In this document: piece by piece, positions 53,063 through 64,000 of the stretch
Position numbering within the stretch: position 1 is the first letter of the stretch
Layout of the letters: each line of letters starts with the position of its first letter
Origin: Ginglymostoma cirratum
Taxonomy: Eukaryota
Direction: 5' to 3'
Length of the DNA stretch: 64,000 bases
Assembly (NCBI GenBank): GCA_024137785.1
Contig: JAHRHZ010000084.1
Span: forward strand, 7,344,093 to 7,408,092
Translations under genes and position numbers: made by a program
The notes under the pieces: model-generated
The model's input: the letters and a program-made list of their open reading frames with translations, nothing else
Database searches by the model: none
Told to the model about the DNA's origin: nothing

Positions 53063-56000
53063 GCGAGAAGCTGAGAATCTAAATATATTGGGAAGGTGGA
53101 AGATATCAATGGATACAGGTCTAGAGTATTTGATTAATCATCACACAACGTGCTCAAATCACAATTGACATTCATTGCAATCAGACAAAGAACCAATTAT
53201 CTGGAATAGGTGTCCAATAGGAAATGCTACATGGAGGAATTGTTGGCCAGTCCATTACAAAACCAATCCAATGTCGGGCGCTTCCCACGCTAGGGAAAAG
53301 TTTCCAAAACCATTTTCAACTTGACTCAAGTTGAAAGTTAAATTCAGACCAAGAGCTCAAGTTTTCAAACCTGTACTTGTTTGTGCATTTCAACATTAAC
53401 TTTTACTTTGTAGGTTGTTTGTTGATTTTCACAAATATGATTTTAATTCCGTTGGTGGACTAGTTCCTGTTTGATCTGAAAGCAATGATTCACGACAAAT
53501 GATCTTGTTATTTAACTTTCTCGGTCATGGGATAGGTAGGCAGGAGGAACGCCACTGCACCCAAAACTCCACAACTTGCCCCAAAACCGTTTTCTTTCGT
53601 TATTCGAGTTCAAAACAATCAGTGCAGGCTGTTTTCAGTAGAGAAACATATCGTTCAGGCATGTCGTTACGGAACATTTTGATAGATGGTGATGGTGATA
53701 GGACCACTGATTTTGAAAATTCATAAGTCTGCATGCATCAATTCACTGCTTCAAAGTTGGCAGGCCTCTTCGCCTAGCAATATAAGTGGTTTGTCAGAGT
53801 GAGGGATGAGCAACAGGAATTAGAGCGTGTAAGCCACCGTCTATCACTTCTTGTGGTTTCTCGAAGTTACAACCAGTGATCTGTAGTGTCTTGCTGCATT
53901 GCACTTGATCTAAACGTAAATCATGCTTTGTGCTTAATATACAATGTAAATTATATTTCACATCATTCTGAATATTAATAGAATCTTTCTAACTTTTCTA
54001 TACACTATCTATATACAGATCTCTCGAGATACCAAAAAGCTGTAACAGACAGTACATAAGAATGCATAATTACATCCATCAGTTTCAATGCAGTTGGTAA
54101 AAATAGTACATGTCTACAGCAATTCTAGTTAAACAAATAAAACAAAGAACTGTAGATGCTGTAGCTCTGTAACAAAAAGAAACTACTGTCAAAACTCGGC
54201 AGTTTTGGCAGCATTTGTGGGGAGAATGTGAAGTTAACACTTTTTGTTCAGTGATGATCCGGTCATCTGTTTTGATGAAGACTACCTGAATTCTAAATTT
54301 CTGAGTAACACACAGCTTCTGCTAGAGTTAATGTTCTACAGACCCTATTGGCCTAAATAAGTTCAAAGATACATCAAAAGACAAAACAGATTTCTCAAAC
54401 TCTAAGTAAAAAACAATGAAGTAAGATTCTTTTTCTAAAATCTATTTTGGGATGCAAAATGAATCGGGAAATTCTCTTTGCCACCAAGAAAATCACAACG
54501 GACATCTTCCTTGAATTGATGCAGTCTGTGATGATTCCAATTTTTTGAAACATCAAACGCCTCTTGCCAAAAAATGGATGTGACTCATTTTCCATCGTCC
54601 AGATGGAAGCAACTCCGATAAACATAGCACAAACACAAAACAACACAATAAAATTATATTTATTCACGCTCACACATTCCTTACACAGCACACATTCCTC
54701 ACACAGAACTTAAACAATGTACTTTCAAACTATTTCAGCCCAATCACATTCTTGATAATGTGTTCACTATCACATTTCCAGCTGTATAACTATGGTTGAA
54801 TCAATATGTCCCATCAGAATGATTTTGAATTTCAAGTCATAGATTTCTTTGCAGATGGTAACAGAATGCGATAAGTATATACTCGTGATTCTTTACAACC
54901 ATGATGGACATTGACGTTAAGTTGCCAAAGAGTCAACAATAATCATAGTTTCCTTCTCCAGTGTTGAGTACTTCGTCTGATTGCTTTTAGAAAAATGTCC
55001 CACTCTGTTCTCTATTGACAAATTCATCACCTTGTCATAAGCCTGCGCTTATTGCAAAGTTTTTAGCATTAATTTCCATCTGAAACGCTTTGTAAAATGG
55101 GGGGCCGGGGTGGTTACACTAATTTATTTGTTAACATCACCTTCAGATTCTTTCTGTAACAATTCTGCTAAAGGTGCAGCTGTTGTGCTGATGATTGACA
55201 CAAATATTCATTGAAAATCGCAGATTCACAAAAATTTCATGAACTCTGTTTGGTTTTAGGAATGGGGAATTCTTTGAGAACATTTACTTCCATTGTTCTT
55301 AATTTTCAAGTTGCAAACCTCTCCTCGTATTTCAGTTATACTGCAATCCAACTTCATTTCAGTTTATACATCCAAATACAAAAACTGTGTGGTCTCTTAC
55401 AGTAGTCATATCATTGTTTCAGATGAAATCAGTTGCTTCAAATTATATTAGTTACACAATGCTGATTTTTTTTTTCATATTCTAAGTAAACTCAAGGTAA
55501 CAGGATGACATTGTACTGTCTGTATATAACGCCAACTATTTGTTCCCTTCATTAACCTATCCAATGTCGCTCAATAACTTTATTGGTTTGCCTTTTTTAT
55601 TAGAAGCCTAATGAACTACCTTTACTTTGAAGTAAACTATCTGGACTATCCAATAGTTTAATTTTGTATAACAGTATCAAATAAAAACTTTTTTTAATGA
55701 TCTGAGTTTTCTGTTCCTTACTACAAGATTACAATGCAACATTCTCCACTTACACTACTGCTACAGTTTTAATGCTCATTTCCTTTCCTGATGCATGTCT
55801 TTTTTAAAGATTCCTTAGGCGCCTATTGTTGCAATTGGTCTCCTATTTCAGCTTTAGTATGTCCTTTTCTACTGTCATAGAGGAATATTATTTTCTTTCT
55901 GTGACATTTGAGTTCTAGCCTTTCTCTTATCTTGCTTGGAATCCTTCCATTCATTCCCTAAAGCTACCTTTTCAAACCCAAATAAATATCTTCTTCAAAT

Positions 56001-57224
56001 TTCCTCGTTGATTTCCATATGACAAATATCCTACAAGTCATAGGCTGTGTACAACAGCATGGGTACATACCAGGACTGCTGTTCTCAGACTTTTGATATT
56101 TGAAGCTCGTCTAAGTAAGACTTTGTTGTGGCAATACTGTTTTAGAATTCCGTATTTATGATTTTCTTTGAGTTCTCAAAATCTTTTCTCGAACTTCGGT
56201 GAGACACAGTATCAATCCCAATGTTTTTCCTTTCCTACAATTTCTACAAATTCCTGATTAGGTTTGTTTCTAATCAGCTTGGATGTTAATTAATACTTTC
56301 AAGCTCATGTACGTTTAGTTTTTTTATCTAGTTTCATGCTCTGTAAATTGTTCTTCTGACAAACTGACATACATATTTAAAGTGGTATCTAGCAAAATAT
56401 TCTGTAACATTCAATTCCAAGAATCCTTCAGCCATTTCATATTCCAGGTTAAAAACCAAAAGAACTATGGATGCTGTAAATCAGGAACAAAAACAAAGTT
56501 GCTGGAAAAGCTCAGCAGGTCTGGCAGCATCTGTGAAGGATAAAACAGAGCTAACGTTTCTGGCCCGGTGACCCTTCCTCAGAACTGGGGTATGGAGATT
56601 CAAAAGTGGAACGCTCATTCAATGTTCTGAATTCCTCTAAAATCTTGGCTCTGGATTTACATTGGGAAATGTGGTCAATTTTCCATGGGAGAAAACATCG
56701 TAGCTTAATGCTTGCGACTGTCCCTTCATAATAAGATGCTTCATGTGCATTCAGTTCGATAACTTGCAAGAGTCTTCGGGAAATGCTAAATTCCAACTAA
56801 TTTTGTATATGTCAGCTATATCGCCTGGGTGAAATAAGTATATTTTATTCTTATAGAGCACTTCATTAACTTGATTTTGAAATATTGCTGTTTAAGTAGA
56901 AACAGATTTCTTCATGACAAAATCTTATCACCAGGAGTAGATTAAAGAAATCACATGCATACACTGGCAACGTTCTCGAAAGCCTTCACAACTCTGAAGT
57001 ACTTTTGAAGCTTTGACAACAGTTGCAGTTTAAAGATTTATGAAAGACAAATAGCAACCTGGTGAGTGACGTGCACAACAATTAGATAATCTGGAAATGC
57101 CTATTTTGAACAGTGTCTGTCACAACACCAAAAGAGCACTTTGATGCATGTGAAACAATATCTATTATATGAGAGCCTGAAAAGTATAATTCAGGGGAAA
57201 GGCGTTTGTGAACATGAGACCTTT

Positions 57225-58972
57225 TTTTATTAACTCTTTGGCAAGGCACATGGTCACGGCTGGCTAACCAACATTCATTGCTCATCCCTAGCTACGCTTG
57301 AGCTGCCTTCCTGAACTGCTGCAATCGACGTGCTGCGGGATGATCCAGAATGCCCTTAGGAAGGGAATTACATGATGTTGAGCCAGTGACAGTGAAGGAA
57401 TGGTGATATGTTACCAAGTCAGGATGGTGAATGGTTTGTTGGGGAACTGGCAGGTGTCCCCATGTATCTGCTGCATTCGTCCTTCTCGATGGGAGTGGTC
57501 CAGTGTTTGGAACATGCTGTCTGTGGGTCTTGGATGCATTTCTCCATTGCATCTTGTAGATAGTACGCACTGCTGCTACCAAGCATTGGTGCAGTGAAGG
57601 GAGTAGATACTTGTGTATACCATGCCAATCAAGTGGGTTACATTGTTATGAAGAGTAGACTGATTGGAAGGGGATTAGCATTGTGTATTTGTCCGTTTTT
57701 TGTGTGTACAGGAGATACCTAGGAAATGTTCTACATTATCGGTTAGATGTCAGTGTTGTAGCTGGACTGGAAGATCTTGGCTCTAGGAGCAGCATATTCT
57801 AGAGCACATATTCAGTACTGTAGCTGGAATGTTGCCAGGGTCCGTTGACTTTACAGTATCCAGTGCCTCCAACAATTTTCTTGATACCACGTGGAGTGAA
57901 ACGAATTGGCTGTCGTCTGGTGTCTATGATGTTGGGGGCCATAACAGGACACCGAGATGGATCATCCACTCAGGACTCCAACATGACGATTGCTGTGAGT
58001 GCTTCTGTATTATCCTCTGCACTGGTGTGTTAGGTTATTTCAACATTAAGAATGTGGATTTTGTGGAACTTTCTCCTGCACCCGTGAATTGTGTAATTGT
58101 CCACGACTATTCACAACTGGATGCAGCAGGGCTGCACAGCTTAAATCTGCTCCATTGTTGTGGGATTATTTAGTGTTGTCTATCACTTGCTGCTTGTGTT
58201 ATTTGGCATACAGATAGTCCTGCTTGGTAACTTCACCAGGTTGACATTTTATTTTTAGGTGTGCCTGGTGCTGCTCCTGGCATGTGCTCCTGCACTCTCC
58301 ATTGGACCAGTGCTAATCCACTGACTTGATGTTAATGGATGAGTCGGGGTTATGCCAGACCATAACCAAGTTGCAAAAGTGCTCGAGTGCAATTGTGATG
58401 TTCTTGGTGGCCTACAGCTCCTCGTGAATTCCCAGTTTTACAGCTGTCCCATTTTTCATGGTGATTTTGCCACACAACATGGTCGAGGGTATTCTCAATA
58501 TGAAAGTTGGATTTCATCTCCACAAGCACTGTGCGGTAGTCACTCGTACCGATCCTGCCATGGGTAGATGCATCTGCAGCTGGAAGATAGGTGGGATGAG
58601 ATCAGGTCTGTTTCTTTCCCTGTTGGTTCCCTCATTATCTTCCGCAGCCCCAGTCTACCAGCTATGTCCTTTAGGATCGGGCAAGGTTGATCAGAAGTGC
58701 TGCTTCAGAGCCATTCTTGGTGGTCAAAATTTTAATCCCCCACCCACAATATATGTTGTACCCTTGCCACCTTCAGTGCTTCCTCTAAGTATTCTTCAAC
58801 ATGGAGGAGCATTTATTCATCAGTCCAGAGAGGACAGTTTGATAATCAGAAGAAGGTTTTCTTACTCATGATTAACCTGAAGCCACGAGACTTCACGGGG
58901 CCTGGAGTCAAAGTTGAGGATTCCCATGTCAATTCCATCCAGGCTGTGTACCACAGTGCGACCACATCTCCT
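57225..58972 (-). mobile_element. Decayed LINE of the same family as 13770-15595
   Basis: Reverse-complement similarity to the 3' parts of 15250-15595 and 1510-1730. Further fragments lie at about 680-1500 and 33280-33735. Confidence 0.7.
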
Positions 58973-60109
58973 GGGGTCGGTATTGCCAAAATATTTTTCG
59001 AGTGTAGCCGCTATTGTAGCAAGCTGTTAAAAGTTTCAGAGAACCACCGTGAATGCAGACAATCTCCAATTGTTTTCGTAGTGTTTGGGAAGGGAATAAT
59101 CATGGGTTCAGAAACTAACAAAAGCTTCCTCCTATTTCTCCAAATGACGCGTGAGATACTTTTGCCACGGTGTTCTCATTGAATCAAAACTCTATGCAAA
59201 AACAAATGTTGTTTTATATTGCTTAAGATTTAATCTGGACTTCTTCAACATAGGAATTACTGTTCATCTCTATAAAACTACAAAGTCAAACATTTTATGC
59301 TGGAATCGATACTTCTAAGAAGTGCAGCTAATGTGAATGTATTAATATTTGTAAGCATGATTCGAAGCTACATGGTGTCCACCATTTCAATCCTGCACTT
59401 GACCTTCACATTGACCTCTCAGCGCTCAGAATGTCGCTGTGCTCCAATAAAGTTCATTGGAGATTTTACATACTTCCAGACATTATACGGAGTTTAACAA
59501 TTCTTGAAAACAATCTTGCATTTTGTTACAGTTCTTTTCGAGCAGTGTCCTTGATCAATGTTATATAATCCGTTTCATTGTTTCTTTTCACCCATCACCA
59601 CTATCTTTCGCTCTGTCTGAGTAACTTTCCAATCTTTTGATCTCGTCTGTTTTCCACCCATCATAGACCTCATTTTTCCACTCTCTGTCTCTTACACTTC
59701 TGTACTTTAGCAAGTTCTAATCAAAGAACGCAGTCCTTGGAAATTTATTCTGATTTTTCTTCCATCTGCACTGACTGACATGCTGACGGTTTGCAGCTCT
59801 GGTACATTGCATGCATCAGGGAAATGTCACTTTCTCATATATCAACTGCAAGATGTAAGATTCCAGATCTGTTATGATTTCATTAAGTGGAAGAAAAACT
59901 GAGACTTAAACAGAGAAATGTTGTGCCTGTGCGACAAAGCATAATCCAATCTTCAATTATTAATCCCAATGTGATTCATAAATATTGTCAATAGAAACTG
60001 AAAGATCATGAATTTATTTCAATTGTTTAATCTTTAATGTCATGCCTAAATACACAGGATTTCAATTCCCTCGATCCAAATTTACCTTTGCATGTGATGT
60101 TGTGGATAT

Positions 60110-61095
60110 CTGACATTGTGCCCTTTGATCCTTAGTAACAACTGCCTGTTGGAAATTATCATGCGGCTTTTTTCTTCAACATGGAAATTTCTGCAGCATT
60201 TGCAGGAAGCATCTCAAGCAATTTTGACACTCATTTGCATCTGTGTGTGGGGAGTCGTCTCTGCACCATTGATGTCTGTCATTAATTCCTTCATAAGTTC
60301 TTTATTGTAAGTCGGCACAAGGATAACAGTGTTACGCTTAGATGTGAAAATCTCGTCAATTACTGAGATTTCATGAGGTAAATAATTGAGCTGACTAAAC
60401 ATTCCTCAACAATGAAATTGCCAACCGACATTCACTGCTTTGGATCAAGCCAAAGCCAATTGAAATTCCACCTCTGTCTTGCAATGTTACAGATCTCACA
60501 GCTATGACTAGTGTGTAATGGACCATTTATTATTATAACTTACAGAGCTCTGCCCCTAATTAGTTAAAACGTTAGGTCACCTTGTGTTTCCGAGCACCAC
60601 CTGCCACCTCAAGCGTCCCTTTGTGGTGCAGTGATAATGTCCCTACTTTTGGACCAACAGGCCATAGTCACACAAGCTCTAGTAATGTATCATAACATCT
60701 CTAAACAGGTTGATTAGAAAATGACAAGACCGACCACCTTTCCTCCTCCACATTAAAATGAACAATGAAGATGTCCTCAAGGCCAATGATGGATGGAAAA
60801 CAATCCTGCCTTGCCCTTAATGCTCATAAACAATCATTTAAAAAAACAAGCAGGGGAATAACCCACGTTTTAGTGATTGTGAAGAGAATAGGTTTAATTG
60901 AAAGTGAAGTTCTGGGGTGTTTCTACAATACTTTGAAGATAGGAGGACAATTGGGACATAAAATATAAGGCAAGTAAGTTGTGCAAACCATGAACTAGCT
61001 TCAGCGTGGAGTCTTGCACTAAACCTTCAGAGACCTCACAGAGGTGTTGGATGATATTTATTGGGAGATATTAAGGCTGACGAAATTCGGTGATG
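60110..61095 (+). repeat. Segmental duplicate of about 38470-39410
   Basis: Colinear matches, e.g. agttctttattgtaagtc, ctcgtcaattactg.gatttcatgag, gtttccgagca, catgaacta..tcagc.tggagtctt. Confidence 0.85.
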
Positions 61096-61464
61096 GTGTT
61101 ATTACCCTTGATCGATAGGGTTAGCGGTGTTCAAGGCTATGAAAACTTTTAATGGTGTAAACATAAAAGGTTTTAATGGTATAAAATACTTAGGATAAAC
61201 TACATTCTGTCTGAAGAATCGGTTATGAAGTAGATTTTTAAAAGGCCCAGTGGTATTTGAATTTCACAGTTGATGCCAAAACATTAGATGTATTCAAGAG
61301 GCGGCGAGATATAGCACTTGGGGTGAATGGGAACAAAGGTTATGGGGAGAAAGCAGGATTAGGCTCTCGAGATGGACAGTCATGATCGTGATTAATGGCG
61401 GAGCAGACTCAAAGGGCTGAACGGCCTCATCATGCTCCTATCTTCCGTGTATCTATGTTTCTGT

Positions 61465-63685
61465 AGCAGATCGAGAGGACACGCGTTCATCTTAGTAAAT
61501 GGTTAATGTAGAATTGATATTTCAAGGGGGTGGGGTTTCATACGAAGACGGGAATATGAATCGGGAATACAAACCGCTCAGCCATTATCTTATTGATTGT
61601 TAGGTCAGGCTCAAAGGATCGAATGGACTACCCTTTGGAACGACCTACGTCAGGTCCTAATTCATATCTTACCTCCAGGCAGAAACTCCTTTAGGAAAAA
61701 AAATGTTCAACAAACCTAAATTCACTTCCAAAAGGGAAAAAAAAGAAACTCGGATTATACGGCACCTGCACTTTATCATAGATGCTCCAATTAGGTTCTT
61801 TCTCGTTTTGTATCGTTTGCAAATCATCTCAACATTTTGCCCAGCGTTTTTAAAAAGGAATGCAAAGACGAAGTTTAAAATACGATAACAAGGAAAACTA
61901 TTGCTGCGTTAAGAAAGGAACAGCATAACGTGGCGTTGAGAGGAGGGGTGGGGGGAACAAAAGAGAATGTACGTTGACTTTTAAATCATGTTTTACTTTC
62001 TGTTATAGCTCGGCCAACTCTCCTGAAAATCATGCCCGCAGAAGGGATTTCAGAGAATTATTCGAAAATCACGTGTAAAATGATGGCCTCTTATCCGGAA
62101 AATTTAGGAATCTCCTGGCTAAGAGATGTTCCACAAATTCTGGCCGGAATAGAAACTGTGAAAAACTAGACCGTGGATGGACTTTGTGAGGTTACTAGTT
62201 CTTTGGAAGAAGCACAGCTTGTGCAAAGCGGTGTAGTTTATACCTGCCAGGTATCTCATGCCTGCCTTTAGGTGCCTGTAAGCGAAAGCTACACCCTCAT
62301 TCGAGGTAAGATTGAAAATATTCCCAATACGAAAATGGAGGGAGTGGTGGGGGAAAGCTATTAAATGCGTATGCTTAATTAATTGAACAGCTGTTCAAAC
62401 TCGAGGGTACCATGTGAATGTGACCAGTGTCCTTTCTCAATGCAGCAGAAATGGAAAGACCATAAAATATTCTAAGGTCACTTGCAGGTGCAGGAAGACG
62501 AATAGTTCCCTGAAATTATCTGAAATGGGAAGTTGATGCGCAAACTGTTTAAAAGTTGAGAACGCAACAACTTTTCGTATGTGAAATGAACATACAAATG
62601 AAATGGATCCGTTCCACCCGAGTAACTTACACAACCTGTACAGCATCTGTCAGACCTGCTGATAGTTTCCAGCAACTTCTGTTTTTATATTGCTTATCCT
62701 GTTCAGCTGATCTCCGCCTACAAGATTTTCAGTTGCCTGCAACGTCCACTGGCAAAATTCCGACCTCTCTAGCTCGCGCTGCGTCTTATCTTCATTAAGA
62801 CACTTCTTGAACTTCATTTCTCTCTGTCCTAAGATGACTTCATGTTCGGCTGATAATGCTCTGTGAAGTGACTTAAAATTATTATTAACCTGGTTAAAGA
62901 TCTAATATAATTCAAGTTGTTCTTCTTACATATCCTAAAGGTTGCTGTCAGTGTTGTCTGGAAAGCTGGAGGACAGTGTCGTAAAGCATTTAAAAATCCT
63001 TAGAAATCTCCACAGGATAAACGAGAAAAGGATGTTTCTCCTGGCTGATGGTCTAGAACCAGAGAACACAGTTATAAGCTAAGATGCAGGTCATTAGAAC
63101 TGAGGTTACAAGGAATTTCTTTAAGCAGAGGGTGGTGAATCTTTTGAATTCTCCAGCCGAGACTGCTGAGAAAACTCAGTCACAGACAGTATAAACTACT
63201 GAGATCGACAAAGTTCCAGAGGTTAAATGATATATAGATAGCGTGAGAAAATAGCGCTGAGGAAGATCAAACATGATCTCGTTGAATGCTGGAGCATGCT
63301 CCAGGGTCCCAATATCTACCCCTATTCCCGTTGTTTATGTTCCTTTGCAACCGTGGTTTGGGGTTGAAAGCTTTGCCAGATCATGCAGCTGTGGTTCATT
63401 AGTCTAGTTTAAGACAAATGAGTAAATAAGTGCCAATTCCTTTACTCATAACAAACAACCCTCCGCAGCAGAGAGAAGGCTGTCGTGGCTTTATTAAATG
63501 AAATGGGTTTTCTCCACAGCTGCAGTTGATGTCCTCGGATGTACATTAAGGGCCTCGTACAGCTATTCCCGCCGATATTAAAACAGTCCAACTTGGCTAA
63601 CTGTGAGGTTATCCTGGATAAACATTTGTAGTTTGCCATCATGCATGATGCTCTACGTTTGCGATTCCTTGTGTTCCACACTGCG
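61465..63685 (+). repeat. Segmental duplicate of about 44880-47055 (C1 exon with flanking introns)
   Basis: Colinear similarity through unique intron sequence, e.g. ttagtaaatg..tagaattgatatttcaa, gaaaactcagtcac..tactgagatcgaca, aaataagtgc.aattcctttactcata. It ends at tgtgttcca, just before the position of the TM exon. Confidence 0.85.
62009..62305 (+). pseudogene. Copy C: C1-domain pseudo-exon paralogous to gene B exon 3
   Basis: Same 297-nt length and the same acceptor/donor sequences as 45418-45714. It reads ARPTLLKI...ITCKMMASYPENLGISWLRD...YTCQVSHACL, with in-frame TAG at 62167-62169 and 62269-62271 where gene B has AAG. Confidence 0.92.
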
Positions 63686-63772
63686 TATCTGTCATAGTAA
63701 CATGTGCATAACATATATCTAGACCCCAGCCATCCGGGAATTGTCCGTTAATTCTAAATCCCATCTTTTTTG

Positions 63773-63980
63773 CAGGTGTTCACATATGCAGCTTTAATAA
63801 AAGAAAGACTGACACACATTCATATGTCACATCTCGTTACCTTGCCAATGAACAGTCCAAACATGTATCACACTGATTGTTTTTGGAAACGCAAATCTGG
63901 AAGAAATTTTGCACATATCATGATCCACTCACAGCAGCAGAAAAACACATGGTTTTTGACTACGACGAAATGCTGGAAAG
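63773..63980 (+). repeat. Duplicate of about 31780-31982
   Basis: Shared caggt.ttcacat.tgc, gaaagactgac, cattcatatgt.aca, tcacactgatt, ctac.acgaaatgct. Confidence 0.75.
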
Positions 63981-64000
63981 CACCACAACCAGGGGCGGCT

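Overview
Eukaryotic, repeat-rich DNA. The repeat families point to a cartilaginous fish (shark); this is inference from CR1/RTE LINEs, Penelope-like elements, V-SINE and other tRNA-derived SINEs. There is one assembly gap at 40612-41011. Most listed ORFs are LINE fragments or noise. The main signal is a tandem cluster of one immunoglobulin-superfamily receptor family on the + strand, which I spliced by hand. Gene B (41794-49121) is intact: 6 exons with compatible phases, 313 aa, leader - short germline VJ-like V domain - C1 domain - neutral TM - RRxS exon - tail with two ITIMs. A second, paralogous ITIM exon lies at 52934 and may give a 3-ITIM isoform. Gene A (4835-13345; ectodomain exons would lie upstream of the window) is a paralog. 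Its TM carries an Arg and is followed by a stop, and its ITIM exon is frameshifted at the tyrosine, so it is either an activating partner or a pseudogene. Copy C (about 60100-63900) is a segmental duplicate with a C1 exon bearing two stop codons and no leader, V or TM exon. Together these resemble a SIRP/NKp30/B7-H6-like V-C1 paired-receptor locus in birth-and-death evolution. No database search was run, so family identity and novelty are unverified. Repeat boundaries are approximate.
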